Below, piece after piece: positions 1 to 9,677 of a DNA stretch of 39,242 nucleotides. Positions within the stretch are counted from its first letter, which is position 1; every line of letters starts with the position of its first letter. Below the pieces are notes generated by a model. It worked only from the letters and a program-made list of their open reading frames with translations. It ran no database searches and was not told where the DNA came from. The stretch spans positions 1-39,242 of the forward strand of contig SMSO01000018.1 of NCBI GenBank assembly GCA_004764695.1, written 5' to 3'. The translations under genes and the position numbers were made by a program. The DNA is from Schizochytrium sp. TIO01 (lineage: Eukaryota > Protista > Bigyra: Labyrinthulomycetes).

Positions 1-1015
1 AAGGGACAAGCTCAAGTTCCCACGTTGTCGTAGATGCGTTGCGTCAAGAGGAGGTTGGAGTTCTTTGTGGCCCGTCAAAATTCCCTTGGTGCTGCAGACT
101 CGCGGGTGGACTTCAGCGCGAAGAGCATTTATATAGGTAGGTACTACCTGCTACGTATTACAATTTACAAAATTTACATAGTAGAGTAATAGAAGGGTCA
201 TGGCACCAGAACTGGGAGTGTTATTCAATTCTAATCGTGTTGTATCGTAGAACTTGTTGAAGAGTTTGAGCAGAGAGCTTTTCAACTCTAGCTAGTAACC
301 TTCAGGTTGTCATCACAAGCAGCAACAGCAGTAGCACGAATACTGAGGTTTGCTGGCTTCAAGTTTGTCGCATTCCACATTTTAATTTTTTTATTATTAA
401 TTAAAAAATTAAAATAAGAATGCCTAGCTAGACAAGAAAAAAATCGACCAAATACAAAGACAATGACCATGGACCAGGATGGTAAGAAACCTTCACTGCT
501 ATTATCATCGAGGTGTTGCTGCTATTGTCACAGCAGAGAATATGCGATGAACTCCGAAGACGCTGTGTTTGCCGCTGTCCGCCAACTGTCTTCTTCTGGG
601 CTCCAAAGCGGCGGTTGAGTTCTCTTGAGCTGGAAAAGAACTTGAATCGATGTGCTAGCTTTAATGAGTCAGTAACTAGGTAGTACTAGTGGTACTCAGT
701 CCATTTCAATTCGCAAATTATCAAGGTGTCACTGTAGTCGAACCATCCCTCGTTTATGACTATGGATCATGGTTTCGTGGTTTCATCTTTCGCTCTGCGG
801 CGACGACCACGTGGAGGGAGTTGCACCTACGAAGCTGAGCACGCACCTTCAAAGTATTAACTACCACGAAGAGATTGGCGGAGAAGGTTGGCGACCTTTT
901 GGTTCAACTTGTGTGCCGTTCTTTCATTAATGAAAGTGGTGGTAGCACGCAAACACTGCACTGCTACTGCTGGATATGCACTCTTAGCAACATTAAAAAC
1001 AAAACAAAAACTTTT

Positions 1016-1049
1016 TCAGTAGGTAGGTACTTACGTACCTACCTACTGA
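1016..1049. repeat. Perfect inverted repeat/hairpin (15-bp stem, 4-nt loop)
   Basis: TCAGTAGGTAGGTAC-TTAC-GTACCTACCTACTGA; the arms are exact reverse complements. Confidence 0.85.
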
Positions 1050-1670
1050 GCTCTCTATATTGGCGCTCAGCGAAGAAAATGCTGCACGAAGTCGAGAAAA
1101 GTTGCAGGAAACATGAAAAGCTCGAGCTGGAGGTACCGTGGTCGCAGCGAGCGAGCGAGCAACCAGGCAGGCGAACGGCCATGACAACGGAAAGGAAGCC
1201 TTCCTTGCAGGTACCTACTTTCCGTAATAAAAACAAAAAACAAAAAACAAAAAACAAAAAAAGCTTTTCCAAAGCTTTGGCAAATTATATTTTTGTTTTT
1301 ACTTTTACCAACTGTACCTGCCGTGATAATGGAAATAAAATTGTTCTGAGTCTTTAAAGAGGTTTTTCTTCCAGGGAGGCGAATAAACAGCACCTGATTA
1401 TTATTCTTATAATTTATTCCCTATCATTAACTTGGAATCGCAAACTCATAGTTGAAAGGACTCGGAGATAGAAACCCACCAACATTAGCGAATGAGATCA
1501 GTGCTCACGGTTCTCAAGAAGCGAATGAACTTATTTTATTGGCCAGAGGCTTCCCATTGATGAAAACACCACCGTGGGGTGAACGACTTTCTCTTCAAGT
1601 TGATGCAAGCGGCTGAGCACTGCGTTTTGTTGCGCTTGCTTGCCGGTACGATAGGCCGTTAGTTGAGCGG

Positions 1671-1730
1671 TGCTTGCTTGTTTGTTTGTTTGTTTGTTTG
1701 TTTGTTTGTTTGTTTGCTTGCTTGCTTGTT
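1671..1730. repeat. Compound (GCTT)n/(GTTT)n microsatellite
   Basis: Directly visible tetranucleotide repeats; they produce the spurious LACLFVCLFV ORFs. Confidence 0.9.
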
Positions 1731-2682
1731 GGTTCTTCGACTCTCTGCTTTCCCGGCATAGCTACTTCGCACAAAGGTACCTCCTTCGTAAGAATACAGC
1801 TATGTATCTCTTATACAATATATATTATGTTACTTATCAAAAGTTTCTCTGGCAGCTGGAAGAGAGAAGCGGTAGTAGTAGCAGCATTGGCACAAGAATG
1901 TTGAAGTTCTTGTGTTGTCGAAGTTTATTGACGCACTGCCACCCTCAGCTCAGACTGAATTGGACTCGCGAAGAGGTTTGAGAACGATGAATCTTGGCGT
2001 TGGGGCTTTTGCCTGCCTCACATGCCCAGGTCTTCGAGGTTGCTCGCGAGTCACGACTCTACGGGTGTGACTGAACTCCTCGCGCAGCGTCTTGCACAAT
2101 TTAAGGGCTGGCTAGCTATAGTTAGGTAGCTGTATTAGCTAGCGATTTAGCAGCCAAGTCCGAATCCACGGTTGCCATGGCTTGGCGATTTTGTAGTTTC
2201 TTGTGCTTCTTGCTGGTTTAACCAAACTGCTTCTTCGACGCTCGCCATAACGTACTCTTGATTGATCAACCAATACATCAATCAATACATCAGTGTCGGC
2301 CTTTGCTCGAGTTCCTACCGCGAGCCATAGATCTAACCCGGATTGAGCTCGGGCTTGGCCTCTTGACGGCAATATTGTCCTTCTCTTGGATGCGAACTAG
2401 GATTAGTAGGCGTACTGTTTTTGTTTTCCTGAGTTCTATAACCCTGGCTAAATTCAAAATGTCCCGAATTATGTCCGCAAAATATTTTTGACTAAAATCG
2501 CCAGAAAACCCTGTAAAGATCTAAAATCGTAAATTTGATTGTATGATCATGTTGAAACAACTGTTTCCCTAAACTGAGCACGATTTCTTTGCAGAAGCAA
2601 GCGTATTGAGCTCACGCTACTCGTCCAAAAATTGGCTCACAACCTCGATAAAACGGCCTAATAGGGCAAATAGGCCTTTAGA

Positions 2683-2709
2683 TTTTCAGGACGTAATACG
2701 TCCTGAAAA
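2683..2709. repeat. Left subterminal palindrome of the transposon
   Basis: TTTTCAGGACGTA-A-TACGTCCTGAAAA, perfect 13-bp arms; homologous to the right-end palindrome. Confidence 0.85.
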
Positions 2710-2902
2710 ACTGAACTTTGCATTAGCGAAAACGTATAAGAGTTTGGGTATTTTGGTTAGTTTAATAGTTTAGTTAATATAAACAATAGTAGTTTATTTT
2801 TGCGTTGCTCAAGTCGGAGAAACATCTAAAGATGAAGATTTCGCGATAAATGAAGATTTTATATAAGCTAAATGTAATATTAATTTTTTGTGTGGATAAT
2901 TT

Positions 2903-5900
2903 TTATGTATGGAAATGAGGAATCGTAATTTGCTCCTCGCTATGAAATTTGATATTGCAATGCTTACAAATGTAAGCATTGCAAGTTTGGCACCATCGAG
3001 TGGTCTTCCGTGGATTACGATATGGATGGTCTGGCGCCGATCCCCGTTCGCAATCAACACAACACATAATGCAGGCTCCCCTCTTCTTGAACTTGCCCAC
3101 GCATTCATGCTGTCCAACTAAACGAGTTTGTAGAAGTTCTGGGAGTCGTGACTTACTGTATTGATACTGTTGCGGCGATTCTAGCGAGGCTGTAGAAGTA
3201 GGCGAAATGGTGTTATCAGTTGCTCTCCAGCAGAATTCTATGTCAGACATGGAACAAGTATTGTCAAATGGGTAAAGGGATTCCATTGAGACAACCCTAA
3301 TTTCTTCTGCGAGACTACTTAGATAGCCTCTATAGCAGCACAGATTTTTGCGTAGCATTGACCATTCCGTAATTGTTTTACACTTCGATGTGAGGTTCCG
3401 ATGCTCCATTGAGAGGAGCTGATACGCTCGAAACGAGTTGTATAAAATATAGTCAATGAATGTTAAACAAACCAAAGCATTAGGAGTCAGCTTTGAAGTA
3501 CGAATGCTCGCTCCATTGATAGTTTTTCTAGTGATATCAACTCCGCCCATCATCTTATTCCAGACACTAACAGTCAAAGGCAGTAGGCGTTTGCAAGGCG
3601 GTGGGGTTCCGTTGACCAGCACGTCGTCACTATGCCTCCGCCAAAGCTGCAAAGCGAGTTCGGCACTGTGTAAATCCACAGCATAACCCCAGTCTGGTGA
3701 TTGGTCTGGTGCAAAACGAGGAAACCTACCAAGTTGATTGCCATAAGCAAAGCCCATGTATTCATCACTCAACGCTTTGAAATACTCACGCCATGACTGG
3801 CGCTGGGCACATGAGACTTTGATTAGCACTCCTTGCATGATTTCCTCAGTTGTGGCATATATAAGGAGGGTGTAAGGGACATCTAAAGTAGCTGCATGAT
3901 GGATACACTGAGTTCGAAACGACGGATTTGGGACTAACGACTCGAACTCACTTGTTCCACATTTGCATTCGTGCCACGCACTCTGACCAGCAACTCGAGA
4001 CTTTAACTCATCTATAGTTTTGGCATTTGTACTTGTTTTGATTTCTAAGGCAAATACATCATCTATAACAAAATTGTTTCCTTCTAGCTCTGTATTCCTC
4101 AAAAGAACAGCTGCACCGTCGGGTGAGTCTGCTACAAATTGGACTTCCCGATTAATAATCAGACCATATTTGCGTAGCTGGAGAATACAGAATTTATTGG
4201 AACTTGCTTTCTTAACCCATCTGGAAAGATCTTTCGCCACGTCTGCCTCATTTTCAATCCCCAAAGCCAGTGGGTTTTTATGATTCGAAAACCCATTTTG
4301 AATAGGCTTCATAAACCAACTTGGTGTGATTGTTCTAAGAAATGATTTCTGGCGTTCCTCGAAAGTGCATGTATGGTTATCATCAATCGTTTCAGAATTG
4401 TGCAAGGGAAAGCTGTCCCCAATGTCACTACTGTCACTCATTTCCAGCAGGTCTTGAGTAGTGGACTCCTGAGATGCATGCTGAGGGTGTATGTCTTCCT
4501 GTAAGGAAGATAGTTCTCCGTTTGAGACCGTTTCATGATCTATAGTTCTTGATAGGATGTCTACGATCCGCTTGGCTAGTTCGATCTTTTTGCCATCAGT
4601 CTTTGCACCTACATCCAAAGAAAGTAACTTTTGGATAAGCTCATTTTTGTTCATACGTTGCATCCAGTATGTATATTCAAGAATAAGACCCTCCCCTTGA
4701 CGCTTCCTTTTATATTGCTTCTGAGCTCCTTCAGATGAATAAGAAGAACGCTTATTAGGACGGGGGAATAATGAGATAATTCGTTGCGGGTCAAGACAAG
4801 CGAACGATTTCACATCGTGGTGTAAGGCCATAAGCTCATCCGAATGAACGAATGGAGCATTTTTAAAGTTGATACAGGTAAAAGCACCGGTGCTTGTAAT
4901 TCTAAATTGCCGAGCCATAAACCAGTCAGGTGTTCTTTGGGAAATTGTCATTGAGAAGATATTGGCGTTCACAAGGTTAATTTTATGATTAGCTTGTGCC
5001 TTCATCTTATATGTACTCATGTCACACGGCTCTATCTCAATCTCAGCATGTGGAACGCGCTTTACACCACCTGGTGAGTTCCAATCTACTCCAGCAGGAA
5101 GTACTTCGTAACTCCAAACTTGGTCAGCCAAACAACGGTCGTTCGTGATGAGTTGTGCAACTCTATGCTTTCCCGCACCGTGACGCATCATCATCGCAGC
5201 AACAAAATCGCCATTCTGGTATCTTTGAGCGGTGTAGGTGCTTCGACGGCCATTCCTGTTAATGATAGTTTGACTTCCCCTCACAGGCGTAGCAGGAACT
5301 GGTCCTTCAACATCTATAAACGGGAATGACGAGGTCTTGCGACAAGTTCCAAGAAATTTGACTCCCTTTGACTGAAGAATTTGAGTTATGTTTGTTGCAC
5401 GATCCATATCCTGAGGTTTCGATAATGCCAGATAACCACGATCAATGAATACACGAAGCTCTGAAGACACAGACGCATCAGGGCTTTCTCCTGACTCCCC
5501 CTCATTCAGAAAATCTATTGCCTTGCTTACAATTTTATGAACAGGTGAGTGGGAAGTCTCTAACCGTGGTACTAGGAGCAGACCTGTACCCACAGAGCAC
5601 ACAAGATGTATCACGGGTTTCTGTTTTTTTGTTTTCGTTGGAATGGTACGAATTCCAAAATTCTCCCACTGAGGAGAACCATAGGGAAGCTTGTCGTCAT
5701 CAAGATCGATCCAAGTGGTTTTAGGGACAAAGAACATCTTCACCCAATGGCGCTGAGCAGCACCTCCCATTTCATGGATGATCGGACTTGAGGAGCATAC
5801 TCTAGCCTCGCGTGACCCTTTTGTTGCCCGATTGGACTTGTCCAGGCTCATTGCCTTTCGAACTTTTGAATAGGATACCGTATGGGCTAGATTCCAATGA

Positions 5901-6418
5901 CCTGGTGGGTCCTCAAGACACTCCGAGAACGACTTTCCTGCAACTCGCAGAGAAATTTCAACGAGAAGGTAGGCACGGAAATCTTGATCCGTGATAGAAA
6001 ATGGCGGAGATGCGTTTGAGCTAAGACTATTCAACCATTCCTTAACTGCAATCACCCAGCCTGGCGGCAAACAAATCTTGAAACTATCAAGCCTGGTAAA
6101 TTTGTAGTTATTGTCAACACGAAGAACCTTTCGAATCCTTTTAGTAATCTCCGAACTTTCTTGTTGAACCTTGGGGAGCATTAATTCGCTTGAGCAATTG
6201 TACTTGAGTTGGACTGCGTTCATGCCAAGTTGAGACCCAGATAGGTTGCTGTGGTACTTTGCGCCTTCAGTGGAGTAAGATTGAAAGGTCCAGTTTTCAT
6301 GGCCAGGAGTACTTGCCGATGAACACTCATAGAGATCGTTCTCGTCTTCATCAGAAGAAGACTCATCAGAGGAAATGTAGATTGAGTCCTTGTCATTCTC
6401 GACGTCATCTAGAGACAT
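2903..6418 (-). CDS. piggyBac-like DDD transposase with inserted YqaJ (lambda-exonuclease, PD-(D/E)xK) domain, SAP motif and C-terminal cysteine-rich domain, 1171 aa
   Basis: piggyBac-like parts: acidic Ser-rich N-terminus; catalytic motifs WIDLDDD (~5693-5707), VFIDRGY (~5432-5443), WNKMMGGVD (~3536-3547); FIDYILYNSFRAY helix; C-terminal CIMC...CQTCNAYICKHC..FH. YqaJ motifs: QRTPDWFMARQFRITST, LGIENE, YGLIIN..FVADSPDG, LEIKT, RTQCIHHA. SAP-like MNKNELIQKLLSLDVGAKTDGKKIELAKRI (~4565-4654). The ORF is uninterrupted. Confidence 0.88.
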   Translation of the reverse strand: MSLDDVENDKDSIYISSDESSSDEDENDLYECSSASTPGHENWTFQSYSTEGAKYHSNLSGSQLGMNAVQLKYNCSSELMLPKVQQESSEITKRIRKVLRVDNNYKFTRLDSFKICLPPGWVIAVKEWLNSLSSNASPPFSITDQDFRAYLLVEISLRVAGKSFSECLEDPPGHWNLAHTVSYSKVRKAMSLDKSNRATKGSREARVCSSSPIIHEMGGAAQRHWVKMFFVPKTTWIDLDDDKLPYGSPQWENFGIRTIPTKTKKQKPVIHLVCSVGTGLLLVPRLETSHSPVHKIVSKAIDFLNEGESGESPDASVSSELRVFIDRGYLALSKPQDMDRATNITQILQSKGVKFLGTCRKTSSFPFIDVEGPVPATPVRGSQTIINRNGRRSTYTAQRYQNGDFVAAMMMRHGAGKHRVAQLITNDRCLADQVWSYEVLPAGVDWNSPGGVKRVPHAEIEIEPCDMSTYKMKAQANHKINLVNANIFSMTISQRTPDWFMARQFRITSTGAFTCINFKNAPFVHSDELMALHHDVKSFACLDPQRIISLFPRPNKRSSYSSEGAQKQYKRKRQGEGLILEYTYWMQRMNKNELIQKLLSLDVGAKTDGKKIELAKRIVDILSRTIDHETVSNGELSSLQEDIHPQHASQESTTQDLLEMSDSSDIGDSFPLHNSETIDDNHTCTFEERQKSFLRTITPSWFMKPIQNGFSNHKNPLALGIENEADVAKDLSRWVKKASSNKFCILQLRKYGLIINREVQFVADSPDGAAVLLRNTELEGNNFVIDDVFALEIKTSTNAKTIDELKSRVAGQSAWHECKCGTSEFESLVPNPSFRTQCIHHAATLDVPYTLLIYATTEEIMQGVLIKVSCAQRQSWREYFKALSDEYMGFAYGNQLGRFPRFAPDQSPDWGYAVDLHSAELALQLWRRHSDDVLVNGTPPPCKRLLPLTVSVWNKMMGGVDITRKTINGASIRTSKLTPNALVCLTFIDYILYNSFRAYQLLSMEHRNLTSKCKTITEWSMLRKNLCCYRGYLSSLAEEIRVVSMESLYPFDNTCSMSDIEFCWRATDNTISPTSTASLESPQQYQYSKSRLPELLQTRLVGQHECVGKFKKRGACIMCCVDCERGSAPDHPYRNPRKTTRWCQTCNAYICKHCNIKFHSEEQITIPHFHT

Positions 6419-6834
6419 GACACACAGCTGACGTTAAACTCAAGCGCCAATGGACCTCTTCGCTGAGGGAAGTGCTGATAGATCCCAAGTAGACTAGCAA
6501 GTGGACGATGAAGTAAGGTATGATGTACTTTTGTTGGTACTGCTGGCACTACATGCTGGCGCAAGATATTATTGATGTTTATCAGTATTAATTGTCTGGT
6601 AGAACAGGTACCGTGGGAGAACCTAACGACCATGTGTCAAATACCTGTTAACCTAACCACCACCTAACCGCCACTGAGAATGTCATTGTTTGGTCCTAAA
6701 CTCAACTATCAATCGGAGAATCATGAGAACATGATAACATATGGACAGGTGAGGTCGGGGAGGGTAAACTAAACGAGTTTCATCCCGAACAGAGCTAGAC
6801 TGTTGAATTGATCAATGACTCAAGTAGGTACATA

Positions 6835-6921
6835 TTTTTCGGGACGTAATAAGTCCTTAAATACTCTACCGGGAAAATTAAAGTTTATCCGATTTTTCGG
6901 GACGTAATACGTCCCGAAAAA
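6835..6921. repeat. Right subterminal repeats of the transposon: partial copy (6835-6856) plus perfect 29-bp palindrome (6893-6921)
   Basis: TTTTTCGGGACGTA-A-TACGTCCCGAAAAA directly abuts the TIR; TTTTTCGGGACGTAATAAGTCC starts 58 bp upstream. Confidence 0.85.
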
Positions 6922-7997
6922 TAGCCAGGGATAAGAGCTGAGAAATCGATTGTTTGCTTTCAACTCGAGTCGTGCCACTTTTGGCAGGACGGCCCATTTA
7001 TGCATAAAGTGCATGCTAGTCGGAGTGCTATTGCAAAGCCTAGCAGTGCCCAGGATGGAGGAATCAGTCGAAAGAAAGAAAGACAAACTTCAAAGTCGGA
7101 AGCGAAAGGCTCAGTTCTCACTGATTAGACCAAAGCACTGGACAGTTCTATCGTCACTCGAGGACCTGTGTGTGTCTTTTCATACTACTGGACGCCTCGG
7201 AGATAACGTTCATGTGTAGCACCCGCAAAGCAGCACGCTAGAAAGCATGTAAACAGGACATCACTAGGATGCTACTATCCCTTGAATGTGAAGAGCCTGC
7301 ATTGTCTGGAGCAATGAAAATAATGCAGAAGAGCATATTTTGTACCTTCTCTGAGTCGTTGCTTACCTTTTAAAGTTACTTTATTTATATTTTAATCATC
7401 TCTATATGTAATAATTTTTAATTATAAGTAAACGATCATACTGATTTACGTAAATAGGAGGTAGTAATGAGGAGGATGATGAATATTTAAAAAAATGAAA
7501 AAATATTTTATTTTTTTTTCTCTAACTTTACTTGCTAGCTATACCATACAGAAATGTCTCAAGACTTTCGAAGATGAGAGGAATACCCTAATACTCTTCG
7601 TGTTTACCACTGACTGCGATGTTCTGAATAGCGCTAGGTAAGAATTCTACGTTCTTGAAAAGAACTGGCAAATGCTGCAAGTAGTAGTAAGAGGAGGGAG
7701 AGAAAGGAAAAAAGAAAAAGAAAAAAAGGGAAAAAGGAAAAAGGAAAAGAAAAGAAAAAAGTGATTCTTTGATTCAACATTAAATCGATTGATCAATCAG
7801 TCAGACAGTCAATCAATCAATTAATCGGTCGATCAAATTTTGAATTGCTCGATTGAGCGGGCGGCGCCTTTGCAGGTGCTCGTCTTGGCACTCGGTGGAG
7901 GTCCTTCCCGTGCTCGCCCTTTGGTAGGGTACCGAGAGCACGCAGGTCGCGACCACACTTCGTGTTGGCAAGTGGCCCTCCTTTAAAAACTGGAAAG

Positions 7998-8482
7998 ATG
8001 TCTTCACGAGGGGTCTCATCGACATCTTCGTCGTCACCAAAACCTGCTGCGGTGCCGCCCTCATCGTCCTCGGGGGGCGGTGTGGCTATCCCTGCTCGGG
8101 GTCCCAAGCGGAGGCAGGTTTCGCGCGAAGAGTCTGAGTCACATAGCAGCTGCGACTCGCTCGCCAACGGCAGTACAAGCGGTGTCTCTGCGAGCGGTGG
8201 TATTGAGTGTGACGCTGTCTTTTCGCCTCTTCAGGGATTAGACTGCACTTTGGAAGGACTACGCGCAAAGAAAAGATCTGCAGAAGAGTACTTGAATAAA
8301 CTGGATGAGGAACGTAACAAGACTCTCATGTATCAGCAGACTATTCAGCAGACTATCAAGGCTCTCGAGGACATGCATAAATTTCAATCTAGTCTGCACT
8401 TACAGCCATCGTTGATGATGGGCAGTATGGGTAATATAAGATTCGGAGCTCCCGGAAACCCAGCCTCAGCAGGGCTTGTGCA

Positions 8483-8513
<31 letters not shown>

Positions 8514-9677
8514 CAAAAGAAACAGCAACAACAGAGAGAGAGGGAACAGAAGCAGAAACAGAAACAGCAGCAACAAGAACAGTTTCAACTACAGCAAGAG
8601 CAATTTCAATTGCAGCTTCAGCTCCAACAGCAGCAGGAACAGCAAAAGCAACAACAATCAAGATCACAGGCAACTATGGCTTGCTTAACTTCACCGGCAA
8701 ATCTCGCGCAGAGGCACCTTACGCAATTGCAACTTGCTAGCGCATTTGGGCTGAATGGGATCGGGGATCTTAATAAGGGCAACTCGTCAAGTAACGCCCA
8801 GGACTTGGATTCCTCCGCTTTGAGTCGCGTTAACTTGGAAAAGCTTATGACGCAAGACCCATTTGCTGCCTCTATACTTGCATCTGTGTCGCGCAATGCA
8901 GCGAATGCTGCGTCGTCCCCTGTGCCTGGCTCCCAGACAATGTCCTCTGTTGCTGCACACATGTCTAGCTTCAAACCTGGAGCTACCTCAGCCTCCATGA
9001 CCCTACCACTCTCAAAGTCCGTCCAGAAACCCATGGGTGGGCCATCCTCAATCACCTTGCCCATCTCAAGAGCTTCATCCAAGGTACCTCCGTCGTCAGC
9101 ATCAATGACCCTGCCGTCTAATTCTAAGGTGAACGCAAATTCGGCACCATCAAACTCCTCAACAAATACCTCCTCGGCGCCTCAGGCTGCTGCTTCATCT
9201 AATGGCGGAGGGGGCGGAGGCGGTGTGCTACGAGGAGTTGTGGCACGCTTGACAGCAACACAACGATCCTCCTCCTCTGCTTCGCTCTCGTCGTCTTCTT
9301 CTTCCTCTGGGTCTCTTCCATCCGCATCAAAGATCAAGGACGGACTGTCTCCTACCGCTGCAGGCACAAGCTCTGTTCATCAATATGCAGACATTGGTGC
9401 ACAGCAAATTCTGACGGGTAAAATCACAAGATACTTGGTAGATTCTGGTAGCAACATGAACAAGGCATTCACCCCTAAAGAAATTGCAGTTGCGATCAAG
9501 GGAGACACATCCATGGTCTCGGCAATTTTGCAAACTTTGCAGCATAAGCGAACTGTGGACGAGGTCATGAAGCTGCCTAAAGGTGGTAATCGCAAGGTAA
9601 AGGCGTACTACATCTCTAAGAAATCTGTTCCTGATAGTCCGACGAGCGATTCTTCCAGTGATGATGAGGAGGAGTAA
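7998..9677 (+). CDS. Hypothetical nuclear-type protein (~559 aa): coiled coil, polyQ, Ser-rich low complexity, C-terminal winged-helix-like domain, acidic tail
   Basis: Long open frame with first ATG at 7998 (MSSRG). Basic GPKRRQ motif; heptad-like LEGLRAKKRSAEEYLNKLDEER...IKALEDM; polyQ; C-terminal KITRYL...AFTPKEIAVAIKGDTSMVSAILQTLQHKRTV...KVKAYYI pattern resembling a wHTH. Function is inferred only; upstream exons cannot be excluded. Confidence 0.75.
8481..8660 (+). repeat. CAG/CAA-rich polyglutamine tract within the CDS
   Basis: (CAG)8(CAA)3 followed by Q-rich codons. Confidence 0.85.

Larger units (their letters stand above)
2442..6930 (-). mobile_element. Full-length piggyBac-like DNA transposon (4,489 bp) with 9-bp TIRs and a 4-bp ATAA target-site duplication
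   Basis: Left end ATAA|CCCTGGCTA (TSD 2438-2441, TIR 2442-2450); right end TAGCCAGGG|ATAA (TIR 6922-6930, TSD 6931-6934). CCC...GGG termini are typical of piggyBac. It encloses one long transposase ORF and related subterminal palindromes at both ends. Confidence 0.88.

Noticed and set aside
875-2491. Short ORFs left of the transposon
   Set aside because: Driven by simple repeats and A-runs, mostly non-ATG starts, no domain signal.
2809-6408. Short ORFs overlapping the transposase
   Set aside because: Antisense or alternative-frame shadows of the 1171-aa ORF.
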